Part shown: positions 51,901 to 59,924 of the stretch, one piece after another
How the letters are laid out: every line of letters begins with the position of its first letter
How positions within the stretch are numbered: the stretch's first letter is position 1
IMG/VR virus record: IMGVR_UViG_3300047551_001153
Coordinates: 1 to 64,000 of that record
Direction: 5' to 3' (one strand)
DNA length: 64,000 nucleotides
Source: a virus
The notes under the pieces: model-generated
What the model saw: only the letters and a program-made list of their open reading frames with translations
Databases searched by the model: none
What the model was told of the DNA's origin: nothing
Position numbers and translations under genes: made by a program

Positions 51901-52768
51901 ATACTTTTGACAACCTGATCAAATCTTCGGTATGATTTCTCTTGCTTTCAATCGAATACCATTCTCTCGATTCTCCCTCATGGTCATACAATGGATTGAT
52001 GTCTGGACAAATCCAACCCGATTTTTCCAAAATTGTAGATACGCTGTCGGTGAAATTGGATAAATGCCAGTCCTTCAAATCCTGCGGAGCGTTTGCCCAA
52101 CTATACATTACCTCATCCAGATTTCCTATCTTGGGATGATTGTTGTCCCAATAGTTTGTGGACCCTACTCCTGTATTTGTTCCATAGCCACCCTCAGACA
52201 TAACCTGAGAAAATTGCCAAGTGAAAAAATCGTTTGTTTCTGGTGCGTAAATGACTGTCTGAGGAATGTAGGGAAGTCCCGCAAAACTAAATTTGATTTT
52301 TGGGAATGTGTTGTTCAAATGTTCAAGCATCGCTGTGGCGGCTGAGACCGTCTGCGTAAATATAGTCGAACTCTTGTTTGATTGTCCGATAATACCATCA
52401 CCCGTGATGATATTCCATGAGGGAGATCCTCTAAAGTCCAACAATATTTTGCCTGATATCTCATTATCAAAAACATAATTTGTGGCAATATAATCAGAGA
52501 AGTCGGTAAGACCAGTTTCTTCCATTCCCGTCATACTTGGACTTTGCCAAAATACGGGGATATATGCAACCAAGTTATCAGTACCGCTTGAGGGAGTTCC
52601 GTCAGATGGTGTTTCCTGAACTCTGTAATCAAAAATATCGTTCAACTGATCGCCGTGTGTATTTCCATAATTCGGAAACGGATTGGGATATGTATTTCCA
52701 TTCTTTGCCGTATATTCTTCAGTAAAGGATGGGAGTGCATTGAATAATTTGAAATATTTTATTGGCAT
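48917..52768 (-). CDS. Large mosaic protein (about 1283 aa): possible hydrolase-like N-terminus, fibre-derived domain, Cys-rich C-terminus
   Basis: Long ORF; start taken at MPIKYF just after a GATAAATA box; shares a domain with the 1618-aa fibre. Confidence 0.8.
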   Translation of the reverse strand: MPIKYFKLFNALPSFTEEYTAKNGNTYPNPFPNYGNTHGDQLNDIFDYRVQETPSDGTPSSGTDNLVAYIPVFWQSPSMTGMEETGLTDFSDYIATNYVFDNEISGKILLDFRGSPSWNIITGDGIIGQSNKSSTIFTQTVSAATAMLEHLNNTFPKIKFSFAGLPYIPQTVIYAPETNDFFTWQFSQVMSEGGYGTNTGVGSTNYWDNNHPKIGNLDEVMYSWANAPQDLKDWHLSNFTDSVSTILEKSGWICPDINPLYDHEGESREWYSIESKRNHTEDLIRLSKVYADNDVINNGSERKEVLPLVNNMYRSRFIGFYDDPTGRFLRGKKIEDSRTSSIVSFLDGYTGNKSYATDKFISEAMFKGGMIEPAASPYLSNTPINTIYGCDGFVYLDQIPFALTAAFSSDQSSGNLEYLQRRSRNFIGRESFGTPPSENLPIWSNNSYAQYQPISFEYDQNKIVVLSVSGNGLTTDTFNEHKYVMVKGSGETANYEILRWKQPDQRLTGGTLTISPYTEGVVVGVTGNTGEGFPSVGLTFYYYNTTSGGFANPDNIGRIAGVSYGGETSYISLFKFKRDVNIRDQIILDGKISITGPIGPNSKWDFTIVRNPEFDLFYNPPVTGSSLTKLSVPRLLDIPTVFEEPPRITDEDISGLNVKIRTMTITGNDLFPTESELYKQHEFYSKTYASDYMRFLSESVPIGSSNQTLMFNSNGNCVGVSGAELVLSNRWNNSYQCVGQEDTPPTLSDFSPLADNCCDYVPVLCCLPSPEGTQCRGSCSIVQRAQCERMGGTRVSTCEECLADDTLAGSCYINNICSSVIVGKCDCIRAGGEWYADFGLRLRLRIEGASISDFFDDVKYIKVYDPSTQAQIIYTVHPTGYSPLPPRGSIQEGHLNVFVNGVIPTPGSVSSTNDVNVNDLFIISEVVKNDGTTIVVGVLYSIKITAVSDIYFDRCAQNCSDCGVIPHLECFSIDTILWESSDCTCQVGVPLKIYSHKIKRNMFNGCCSDQCLSSNGCVFRSEVGLGGPPVPSSRRPSAISYSGGRCGCSSRSNFIGDVSQTQVVRDRGAAGLVNVQETSFVSKCIEIPDDTITNLERSFGATACVCSNTGIPIPPLNCQYRRISLGNSPMPCRAQFGTDIPISNNISGPKYSMSLTTRTIPEFLLSSEIPNQDKGELMNIFFGVNEFPQGITTVADIERFFYTRNDYPIRPLAKVSQNWRYYNSLYNENNQQINRASFPEINRRMDIHTINKIKLMNGADQFFRNHRYVPTSAVDITYNILTR

Positions 52769-52776
52769 GGCTTGCT

Positions 52777-52784
52777 TATTTATC
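52777..52784 (-). promoter_or_regulatory. Late promoter box GATAAATA
   Basis: 8 nt upstream of ATG 52768. Confidence 0.55.
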
Positions 52785-53376
52785 AGATACAACCAGAAAG
52801 AATATCTTCAACTGATTTTGGCATGAATTTATGTGATTGCGCTCGGAAAGAGGTGGGCATTTTTCTCAAAACCGAACTCGCATATGGATTCTTGCGAAAG
52901 TTTCTTATTTTTTGCTTTTCCATAAAATGGTACATATAGACATTGCAGTTTGCTTCTTGGGCATACCTTTCCATGTCGAAGTCTATTCCATGTTCAATCA
53001 TGAGTGAAACGGTAATCTTTTCGCACTCCCGTTCCATGGCTCTATATGTCTCAAAGGCCCGTTTGACTTTTGCCGATGAACACTTCTTCCCTCTTGTCCA
53101 GTCCTCAACGACCTCGGCATAATTGTTCAGAGGGCCGAAGCATTTGCGGTACAGGGGAGATCCGACTTTCCATTGAATGAAGTGGGAAAACTCGTGCGCC
53201 AAAACTTCAATCCATCTTGGATTTTTTAATGCTACACATACCTCTTCATCGGTGAAATATCCAAGGCATTTATAACCATCACCAACTAACCAATTTACTT
53301 TTTTCAAACGAAGTCTTATTCCTTCTTCTTTCAAAGAGGATCTGACAAGAGAAATAAATTTCTTCTTATTGTTCAT
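52783..53376 (-). CDS. Putative zinc metallopeptidase-like protein (HExxH)
   Basis: VLAHEFSHFIQW followed by a downstream ERECE glutamate (zincin pattern). Confidence 0.65.
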   Translation of the reverse strand: MNNKKKFISLVRSSLKEEGIRLRLKKVNWLVGDGYKCLGYFTDEEVCVALKNPRWIEVLAHEFSHFIQWKVGSPLYRKCFGPLNNYAEVVEDWTRGKKCSSAKVKRAFETYRAMERECEKITVSLMIEHGIDFDMERYAQEANCNVYMYHFMEKQKIRNFRKNPYASSVLRKMPTSFRAQSHKFMPKSVEDILSGCI

Positions 53377-53672
53377 TTGAGTCTGGCAATTTCGTGTCCG
53401 TCGATCTTAAACACTAAAATTCCATTACCCAACATCTCTTTAATTCTGGTGTAAAGTGGGTCGAATCTGACCTGAGAAGGAAGATTCATATACAACTTCT
53501 TTACAAACTCAACCTCATTTTTGCCTTTTTTACAACTGCATACATTCGGATCTTTTAAGAAGTTGGCTTTTGCATAGAAAACCGCAATAGGCCCGTCTTT
53601 CTCGGGATCAACTGATTGACCAGAAAGACGATAGTACAAATCATCAACGCCTTCAATTACAATTTCAATCAT
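53373..53672 (-). CDS. Hypothetical protein
   Basis: 99-aa ORF overlapping both neighbours; contains CSCKK. Confidence 0.7.
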   Translation of the reverse strand: MIEIVIEGVDDLYYRLSGQSVDPEKDGPIAVFYAKANFLKDPNVCSCKKGKNEVEFVKKLYMNLPSQVRFDPLYTRIKEMLGNGILVFKIDGHEIARLK

Positions 53673-54030
53673 GGCTCACCATCCAGTTGTTGACTTTTTT
53701 GAAACCCGAGCAAATCAATTGCCCGCCAAAATATACTGCGGGCAACCAAAAAATTTCACCAATAATATATGATGAAATAAGTGCCAACCAAAATCCAAAG
53801 CAATATCTACAACTAAACAATTTAACAAAGAAACCGCTATACTTTGTTTCCATGTATTCCGAATATTGAACACTGTATCCATTCTTCAGAGCGTTCTTGT
53901 ATTCATCAATTTTTGTAAAATAATTCAGGGGTTTTAAAACAGGGAGACTCAAGTATGAAAAGACGGCACTGGTCTCGTATAGCAGGAAGAGAGCCAGTGC
54001 CGTCCAGATTGTCGCAACGAGAATATCCAT
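53665..54030 (-). CDS. Membrane protein with CxxC (DUF1360-like)
   Basis: Hydrophobic segments and LFSCRYCFGFWLA; GGAG RBS. Confidence 0.65.
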   Translation of the reverse strand: MDILVATIWTALALFLLYETSAVFSYLSLPVLKPLNYFTKIDEYKNALKNGYSVQYSEYMETKYSGFFVKLFSCRYCFGFWLALISSYIIGEIFWLPAVYFGGQLICSGFKKVNNWMVSHD

Positions 54031-54049
54031 GATATAGACTCCTTGCGTG

Positions 54050-54057
54050 TATTTAGT
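54050..54057 (-). promoter_or_regulatory. Late promoter box ACTAAATA
   Basis: Intergenic between the nrdJ stop and the 54030 gene. Confidence 0.6.
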
Positions 54058-54063
54058 CGCCTA

Positions 54064-56022
54064 TCAAACCCTTACAGGCGGAGATTTGCGTTCAGGCTCC
54101 GAGGTCAGGTCAACCACCTCACAGACATTACCACTACAGGCATAGGTCTGAGAACCGACAGTCTTGTCCTCCTTCTCATAGTTGGACAGGAGCGACCAGT
54201 CAACCGTCTTGGGCATCTTCTCAAGGAACGCCTCGTACTCCTCTTTCGTGCAGTCCTGATATGGGGCCTGCTTGTAGGTATGGTCCGAATGAGGCAGGAA
54301 GGAAACGCCCGAAACCTCGTCAAAGTGCTTGTAGACCCATGCACCGACCTCCATCCACTCATGCTCCCGAACGGTGATGGTGATGGACGGCTTGTGTTCG
54401 CACCAGTGACGCTGATAGGTCAGCCACAGGTCAAGATGTTGGGTAGCCGTAAGGTCATTACGGGTGATGGCATGGTCAGGGGACTTCATCGGGAACGAGA
54501 AGACCGTGGTATGCTCAGGACGCATGACACACAGTTCGTGGGGGAATCCCGCCTCCTTCATCATCTGGCAGAGAGGGTCTTTGTTATCGGCTCTTACCGT
54601 ACGGATGTAGTACGGGTTGTGACGGGCGTGCATACCCGAGGCCGCATCCGTCAACTGGGACACCGTTCCCGAGGGCTTGACACAGGTGATGGCGGCGGCA
54701 GGGTTGATGCCCAAACGCTTCGCCCATTCCTTATTGGTCTCCACGGCATGGGCCTTGAGATGCTCAAGGACATTCGCAAGTTCATGATGTTCCCCGTGAA
54801 TGGTTCGCATCATGGTGTTATCCAACTGGCCTGTCATGGACACGCCGAGCAAAGCCTCCTCGTTGCAGTTCTTAGACCACTCCGATGAGATGTACTGGAA
54901 CTTGGTCAGACTGGCCTGCATCGTTCCAAGGATGGTGGCAAGGCGAACCTTGCGCTTGAGAGTGTCAACATTGTCATCAGGACGAACGACCACTTCGGTC
55001 AGGTTGCAGAACTCACGGTCACGGAGAATAATCTCCGAACAGGGATTACAACCGAAGTCTTGGTTGGGGTCACGGCGGTCACCCAACTTCGCCACGGTCT
55101 TCTTGGCGGCATCACGATTGAAGATGCCACGCTCGCCCGACTTGCTGTCATAGAGCGAGAGCCACTCCTTCATGAACACACCGATGTCGGGCTTTTCATG
55201 ATAAGCCACCGAGTTGTTGGCAAGGGCACGCTGAGGATTGGCCTCCCACCAAGCACCTGACTTGGCATCACGCATCCGAACATCGTTCAGGTCTGACAGG
55301 GAGATGAGAGCCGAGCGACGAACGCCGCCGACCACCACAATCTCAGCCGTCTTACACACGATGTCATGACACTCCACCGTGGTCAGTTTGCGACCTGCGG
55401 CTCTACGGAAGGTTTCAACCGTGAATTTGAACAGGTCATCAAGGGGAGCGGGGCCAGAGGCACGACCGCCGAAGGTCTTCAGGCGTGCGCCTGCGGGACG
55501 AACCTTGCTCAAGTCCCACTTCGGAATCTGTCCTGCTACCAAAAGGCTAACGAGTTCACGGAAGGCTCTCGCCCAACCCGCCTTGGAGTCGGCAACGACG
55601 ATGACCGTATCGCTGTCGGAGAACTCCTCCGAGATGGTCGGGAGTTTCTCCACGAACTTCTGCTCAACGCTGAAGCCCACGCCCGTGCCACACATGAGGA
55701 TGTAGAGGATTTCGTCAAAGGCACGAAGGCGATTGATGTGGACATAGGCGCAGTTGTAGCCCGCCACATTCTCACGCTCAAGAGCCTCGCCTGCCGTCAT
55801 GAGGCATCGCATGGAAGGAAGAACCTCAAGGTTCAGGACGGCCTGACGGAGTTCCTCACGCTCGCTCGCCTTCAGTTTTGACTTCGTATTCTCACCGAGG
55901 TGTTTATCAAAGAAGTCAAAATAGCGGTTCACGGTCTCTTCCCAAGTTTCTCTGCGACCTTCGTTCTCAAGCCAACGGGAGTAACGGGAGAGGTGAATGA
56001 ACTCGCTATAAAGGCTACGCAT
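54064..56022 (-). CDS. nrdJ: Class II (adenosylcobalamin-dependent) ribonucleotide reductase
   Basis: SRYSRW...RRETWEETV.RY, PSMR, YNC, VVVGGVRRSA, NPCSEI, TCVKPSGTVS, EHKPS.T, C-terminal ACSGNVC; AAAGGA RBS before ATG 56022. Confidence 0.96.
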   Translation of the reverse strand: MRSLYSEFIHLSRYSRWLENEGRRETWEETVNRYFDFFDKHLGENTKSKLKASEREELRQAVLNLEVLPSMRCLMTAGEALERENVAGYNCAYVHINRLRAFDEILYILMCGTGVGFSVEQKFVEKLPTISEEFSDSDTVIVVADSKAGWARAFRELVSLLVAGQIPKWDLSKVRPAGARLKTFGGRASGPAPLDDLFKFTVETFRRAAGRKLTTVECHDIVCKTAEIVVVGGVRRSALISLSDLNDVRMRDAKSGAWWEANPQRALANNSVAYHEKPDIGVFMKEWLSLYDSKSGERGIFNRDAAKKTVAKLGDRRDPNQDFGCNPCSEIILRDREFCNLTEVVVRPDDNVDTLKRKVRLATILGTMQASLTKFQYISSEWSKNCNEEALLGVSMTGQLDNTMMRTIHGEHHELANVLEHLKAHAVETNKEWAKRLGINPAAAITCVKPSGTVSQLTDAASGMHARHNPYYIRTVRADNKDPLCQMMKEAGFPHELCVMRPEHTTVFSFPMKSPDHAITRNDLTATQHLDLWLTYQRHWCEHKPSITITVREHEWMEVGAWVYKHFDEVSGVSFLPHSDHTYKQAPYQDCTKEEYEAFLEKMPKTVDWSLLSNYEKEDKTVGSQTYACSGNVCEVVDLTSEPERKSPPVRV

Positions 56023-56054
56023 ACAAATCCTTTCTTGTTGTCTAATCGTGGGGT

Positions 56055-56094
56055 TATTTAGAGGCCATAATACCCATGGGACAGCGAAAAGCAA
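56055..56094 (-). promoter_or_regulatory. Composite nrdJ promoter: sigma70-like TTGCTT-16-TATTAT plus late box TCTAAATA
   Basis: -35 at 56094-56089, -10 at 56072-56067, late box at 56062-56055. Confidence 0.55.
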
Positions 56095-56116
56095 TACGAT
56101 TGTTTGCTATTCGCAA

Positions 56117-56710
56117 TCAGATAAGATTGAGATTCACATAATGGCCATAGAATGCAGGGTTGGTTACGACCGTTGTAGTGACGGGAACCGAAAGAGTGCT
56201 TGGTCTGCCGCCTGTAGTAATGGTTTGAAACACGCCAGACTGTATTTCATCAGCACGACCATAACCATGGAACTGACACATGGTTGATGCGCTCATGCCG
56301 ACCGCAACCCAAAGTTGGTCACCAACTTTTATTGACTGGTCGAGCACAACATTTACTTTCTTTCGGTTTGCAATACCTGTTCCAACGCCATACACTTGCG
56401 CCGAAATGTCAGTATATCCGAGTCTCGTCAATGAAGCACCGCCGCCAAGTGTGAAATCTCCTCTGAATATTCCTATTTCAGCCCAACTGATTGATACGGC
56501 GGTTCCTGCATCAACGATGTATTGAACTTCGGCGTTTTCGCTGTTGATTCCTGCAACGCCCATGTAATAGAAATACGGTTGTTTTCCGTCAGCGGTTGTG
56601 GGCGAGCGATATGTTGCGCTACTGCTTGTTCCGTTGAAAACAGCCGTTGGAAAAAGAGCGTTGGTTGTATTATTTACGATATCATGAGGAACTGCGTAAT
56701 TGTGTGACAT
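56117..56710 (-). CDS. Putative virion appendage protein, paralog 1 of 3
   Basis: Start MSHNYA coupled by TAATG; WAEIGI..G, LTRLG, LWVAVG motif shared with neighbours. Confidence 0.7.
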   Translation of the reverse strand: MSHNYAVPHDIVNNTTNALFPTAVFNGTSSSATYRSPTTADGKQPYFYYMGVAGINSENAEVQYIVDAGTAVSISWAEIGIFRGDFTLGGGASLTRLGYTDISAQVYGVGTGIANRKKVNVVLDQSIKVGDQLWVAVGMSASTMCQFHGYGRADEIQSGVFQTITTGGRPSTLSVPVTTTVVTNPAFYGHYVNLNLI

Positions 56711-57378
56711 TATGCTCTCCCTGTATAATATTTCAACGAAAACCAAGGAAAGATGTTTGTCGGTGAATCAGGTATTACGGGGAAATGTGGTCCTGGTCCC
56801 ACGGTATTGGATATGGCAAGTGTGGATGCGCCCTGTGCGTTTGAAAGTATACCCGATGCATTTGTGTCAAATCCACCACCAGTTAAAACTGGAGCAACTG
56901 GGCTTGTGCCACCTGTTGCGTTGTATCCGAACACAATCCACAGCGGTGTTCCAACCGATATTGTTGTGCCCGTGATGGGTGACGCTGTATGTCCAAAAAC
57001 GATTCGTTTCAATCCTGCGGTAGCACCGTTAGTGGTGCTGTTGACGATCCCTTGAATGTTCACAGTTGATAAAACAGATAAAGTATTCACGCCGCTCATT
57101 TGAAAATTATATAATCCTTTACACAAACCGATTTCCATATAGTAGTTTGTGGGAGCGGATGCACCATAACTCGCAGGTGTCTTCAGGTGAAAGTTCATGG
57201 AAACAGCACCGACCGTAATCGGAGCATATCCCACAAACACGGCTCTCCATGTGGAAGACATGGTAAAACTGTTAGATACAATCGTTGCTAAACTTGTTCC
57301 GTCAACGCAAACTCTACCGCTTTGTCCAAAACGGGAGCCTACTACCAAAGGTGTTTTGTTGAGTGAATTATTAGCCAT
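56710..57378 (-). CDS. Putative virion appendage protein, paralog 2 of 3
   Basis: YMEIGLCKG...LKRI...VGTPLWIVFG. Confidence 0.7.
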   Translation of the reverse strand: MANNSLNKTPLVVGSRFGQSGRVCVDGTSLATIVSNSFTMSSTWRAVFVGYAPITVGAVSMNFHLKTPASYGASAPTNYYMEIGLCKGLYNFQMSGVNTLSVLSTVNIQGIVNSTTNGATAGLKRIVFGHTASPITGTTISVGTPLWIVFGYNATGGTSPVAPVLTGGGFDTNASGILSNAQGASTLAISNTVGPGPHFPVIPDSPTNIFPWFSLKYYTGRA

Positions 57379-57982
57379 TCAATTTCACCGTAATACGAGG
57401 AACATATGTCGCTGTCGCTCCATATGCAAAACTGGTCGCAGGATTGGTCATGTCGGACAATTTTTGATTGCTCAACGCCACGGTCAAATATCTGCCACTC
57501 TGAAGAAACTCGGGACTTGTCGCCCAAAGAGTGCTACAAACACTTGCCGAACAGCCGATGGCCACCCACAATTCCTCTCCCAAATCACAAGTAGAACCGT
57601 TGAATGAGCAATCAAATGCTTTGAATCCTGTGGTTCCGCTGACGATGCTGACGGTTCCCATTCTCGTAAGAGAGGAAGGAAGAGTTTCTACCTGAGCAAA
57701 CGGAGCGGCGGCGGTGGCAGGAACGCCCGCTGTTAATGACTCTGGATAAAAGCCTTTCCAAATACCCACTTCCGCCCATGTAACATTTGTTCCCGTCACC
57801 GACATATACATCGCAACACCACAACCAGTAAGAGAAGCGGATGGCGATGGGCCAAGATAGAAACAATGTGCGGATTGAGATGTCAGGCTGACCGTGGTGT
57901 TCACAACGCTGGAAAACCAGTTCGTACTAAGAACCGTATCGCCTCGCACAAGATATTCATTTGTTGTATAAGATTGACTCAT
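57371..57982 (-). CDS. Putative virion appendage protein, paralog 3 of 3
   Basis: WAEVGIWKG, LTRMG, LGEELWVAIG, LQSG. Confidence 0.7.
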   Translation of the reverse strand: MSQSYTTNEYLVRGDTVLSTNWFSSVVNTTVSLTSQSAHCFYLGPSPSASLTGCGVAMYMSVTGTNVTWAEVGIWKGFYPESLTAGVPATAAAPFAQVETLPSSLTRMGTVSIVSGTTGFKAFDCSFNGSTCDLGEELWVAIGCSASVCSTLWATSPEFLQSGRYLTVALSNQKLSDMTNPATSFAYGATATYVPRITVKLNG

Positions 57983-58185
57983 ATGGATGCAATGTAATTA
58001 TAAAAATCCTGAAAACTGAAAGTTCTGTCTAAGGTTGATGAACCGTTGAGTTGCACACGAATTTGCCCCGATTCTGTTGCGGTTAGGACAATACTGTCCA
58101 AACCCTCGCTCGCCGAAAGCGTATCCAAAGGAACCGAGATGTTTTCAGTCACTTGGTGGATGACTGTTTTTGCTCCGATTATCAT
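57979..58185 (-). CDS. Small hypothetical protein
   Basis: 68-aa ORF with ATGA overlaps on both sides. Confidence 0.65.
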   Translation of the reverse strand: MIIGAKTVIHQVTENISVPLDTLSASEGLDSIVLTATESGQIRVQLNGSSTLDRTFSFQDFYNYIASI

Positions 58186-58511
58186 GTGATTTCCACTCCA
58201 AAAGCGTTGAATGAAAGATTGGCGTTGCCTGCATACACCCGAATCTTGTCGGTTGTTGCAAGGCTGATGCCTATTGTGGCCACGAATGTGTCCATGCCGC
58301 CGATGGTAATATCGTCATACAAGTAGTCTTTGTTTGTAGTAGCCGCACCCGCTTGACTTACCGAGATGCGAAAGGTGGTGCTTGTGGTTCCACGATTGCA
58401 CACGACGATACTGCTCACAACCGCACTTGTGGCGGCGGGAACCGTATACAAGTCGGTTTCGGTTGTGGCGTTTGGAGCCGATTGACCTAAGATTTTTACC
58501 GTGTCTGGCAT
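58182..58511 (-). CDS. Conserved small phage structural protein
   Basis: KILGQSAP.ATT.TDLYTVP, VVSSIVVCN, D.IRVYA...SF.AFG.E pattern common in phage tail regions. Confidence 0.75.
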   Translation of the reverse strand: MPDTVKILGQSAPNATTETDLYTVPAATSAVVSSIVVCNRGTTSTTFRISVSQAGAATTNKDYLYDDITIGGMDTFVATIGISLATTDKIRVYAGNANLSFNAFGVEIT

Positions 58512-58514
58512 ATA

Positions 58515-59018
58515 TTACATTCCTGAAAACAAGAAAGGTCTTGATAGTGATGTTTGATATGAACCTGTGATGCTGACTGTTCCTGTTGCGCTGACCGAGA
58601 AGTGGTTCGGGTTGAATGACGCTACACCCGTCACGCCTGTGGTTGTTGCAAGGGGTGAAGAGCCACCACCACCTGCCGAGGATGAGATTGTGATTGTGCT
58701 TCCGACCGTGCTTACTGTAACATTTGAACCCTGAGCGATTGTTACTGGGCCAGTTATGCTGTTGACGGAGGTTACATAGTTGCTTGTAAGACTTACGGCT
58801 CCTGCGGCACTTACTACAAACTCATTACCGAACGAAGCAACACCCGTCACACTTGAAGTGGCAAGAGGCGGTGCGTATGTTACAGCACCCGTGGACCCAT
58901 TGAAACTATTGACAACATTGGACGACGAAACCGTGCCAACAATAGCACCGCTGGCGTTCACTACCGTTGTGCCGTTGACCGAGAATCCGTCCGTTGAGTC
59001 AAATTGTGTACCTGCCAT
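58515..59018 (-). CDS. Short fibre-like repeat protein
   Basis: Two PLAT..VTGVASF..F.VS..G.VS repeats plus V.SFNG.TG.V. Confidence 0.75.
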   Translation of the reverse strand: MAGTQFDSTDGFSVNGTTVVNASGAIVGTVSSSNVVNSFNGSTGAVTYAPPLATSSVTGVASFGNEFVVSAAGAVSLTSNYVTSVNSITGPVTIAQGSNVTVSTVGSTITISSSAGGGGSSPLATTTGVTGVASFNPNHFSVSATGTVSITGSYQTSLSRPFLFSGM

Positions 59019-59027
59019 ATCTTACCT

Positions 59028-59035
59028 TATTTAGA
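59028..59035 (-). promoter_or_regulatory. Late promoter box TCTAAATA
   Basis: Intergenic, 9 nt upstream of ATG 59018. Confidence 0.55.
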
Positions 59036-59037
59036 AG

Positions 59038-59913
59038 TTATGCCCCAGCCCCACCGACAATTGGTGACAATACAGCATATACTCTGAATATCGTGCTTGT
59101 TGCTGATGCGGGAGTCGCTCTTAGTCTCCATTCGTCACTCGAATAATCCACCGTAAATGTAGCAACCGTATTACCAACCGATACGGTTCCATATTGAGTA
59201 TGCGTAACCGTTGAGCCGTCAGCAAGAGCGACAATCATGAATCGTGTTGAGAGAACACCCAAAGTTCCCGATACTAAAGTTCCCTGTTCCGCTTGAACTA
59301 TAATATCAGCAGAAGCATATCCTTCTATAAGACTCAATGCCCCGCTACTTGCAAGCGTAAACTGAGATGTGCTTGTAGTGGTGCTTGTGTATGTCTTGAC
59401 AACCTGACCGCTTGGAAGCCTGATTATGTCGGATACAGCATCACCAACTGTCAGGTTTCCGTTGATGGCGACATTTCCGTTGAAGGTCGCACCTTGAGCA
59501 ACAAAGAGACTTTGAGTGGTAAGTCCGCTTGTGAAACTCGCTCGGCTGTTGAAGGTCGCACCCTGCGAAACTAACAGACTCTGGGTCGTGAGACCTGCGT
59601 TGAGCGTTTGAAGACCCGTGAAGGTGTTTGCCGAGTTGGTTCGGGCGACATTAGAGAGACTAACAGCACCCGACGAAACCGTGAAGTCGGACGAGTTGAA
59701 CGAGGCGACACCCGTGACGCTTGTGGTGGCGAGGGGTGGAGCATAAGTGACTGCACCCGTGGAACCGTTGAAACTGTTGACGATATTTGGTGCTGAAATA
59801 TTTCCGCTGAATGTAGCACCCAGACCGACAAAACCTCTTGCCGAGTCTATGACAACCGAGTTGCCCGTTCCTACGGAAAATCCGCCTACTGAATTGTATG
59901 GTTGGATAGACAT
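59038..59913 (-). CDS. Fibre-like protein
   Basis: One VTGVASF repeat, ANTFTG motif, duplicated GLTTQSL.V.QGATFN, C-terminal beta domain shared with 59925-61718. Confidence 0.75.
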   Translation of the reverse strand: MSIQPYNSVGGFSVGTGNSVVIDSARGFVGLGATFSGNISAPNIVNSFNGSTGAVTYAPPLATTSVTGVASFNSSDFTVSSGAVSLSNVARTNSANTFTGLQTLNAGLTTQSLLVSQGATFNSRASFTSGLTTQSLFVAQGATFNGNVAINGNLTVGDAVSDIIRLPSGQVVKTYTSTTTSTSQFTLASSGALSLIEGYASADIIVQAEQGTLVSGTLGVLSTRFMIVALADGSTVTHTQYGTVSVGNTVATFTVDYSSDEWRLRATPASATSTIFRVYAVLSPIVGGAGA

Positions 59914-59924
59914 GGGTTATATCG

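Noticed and set aside
54043-55881. Plus-strand ORFs opposite nrdJ
   Set aside because: Antisense shadows with no independent signals.
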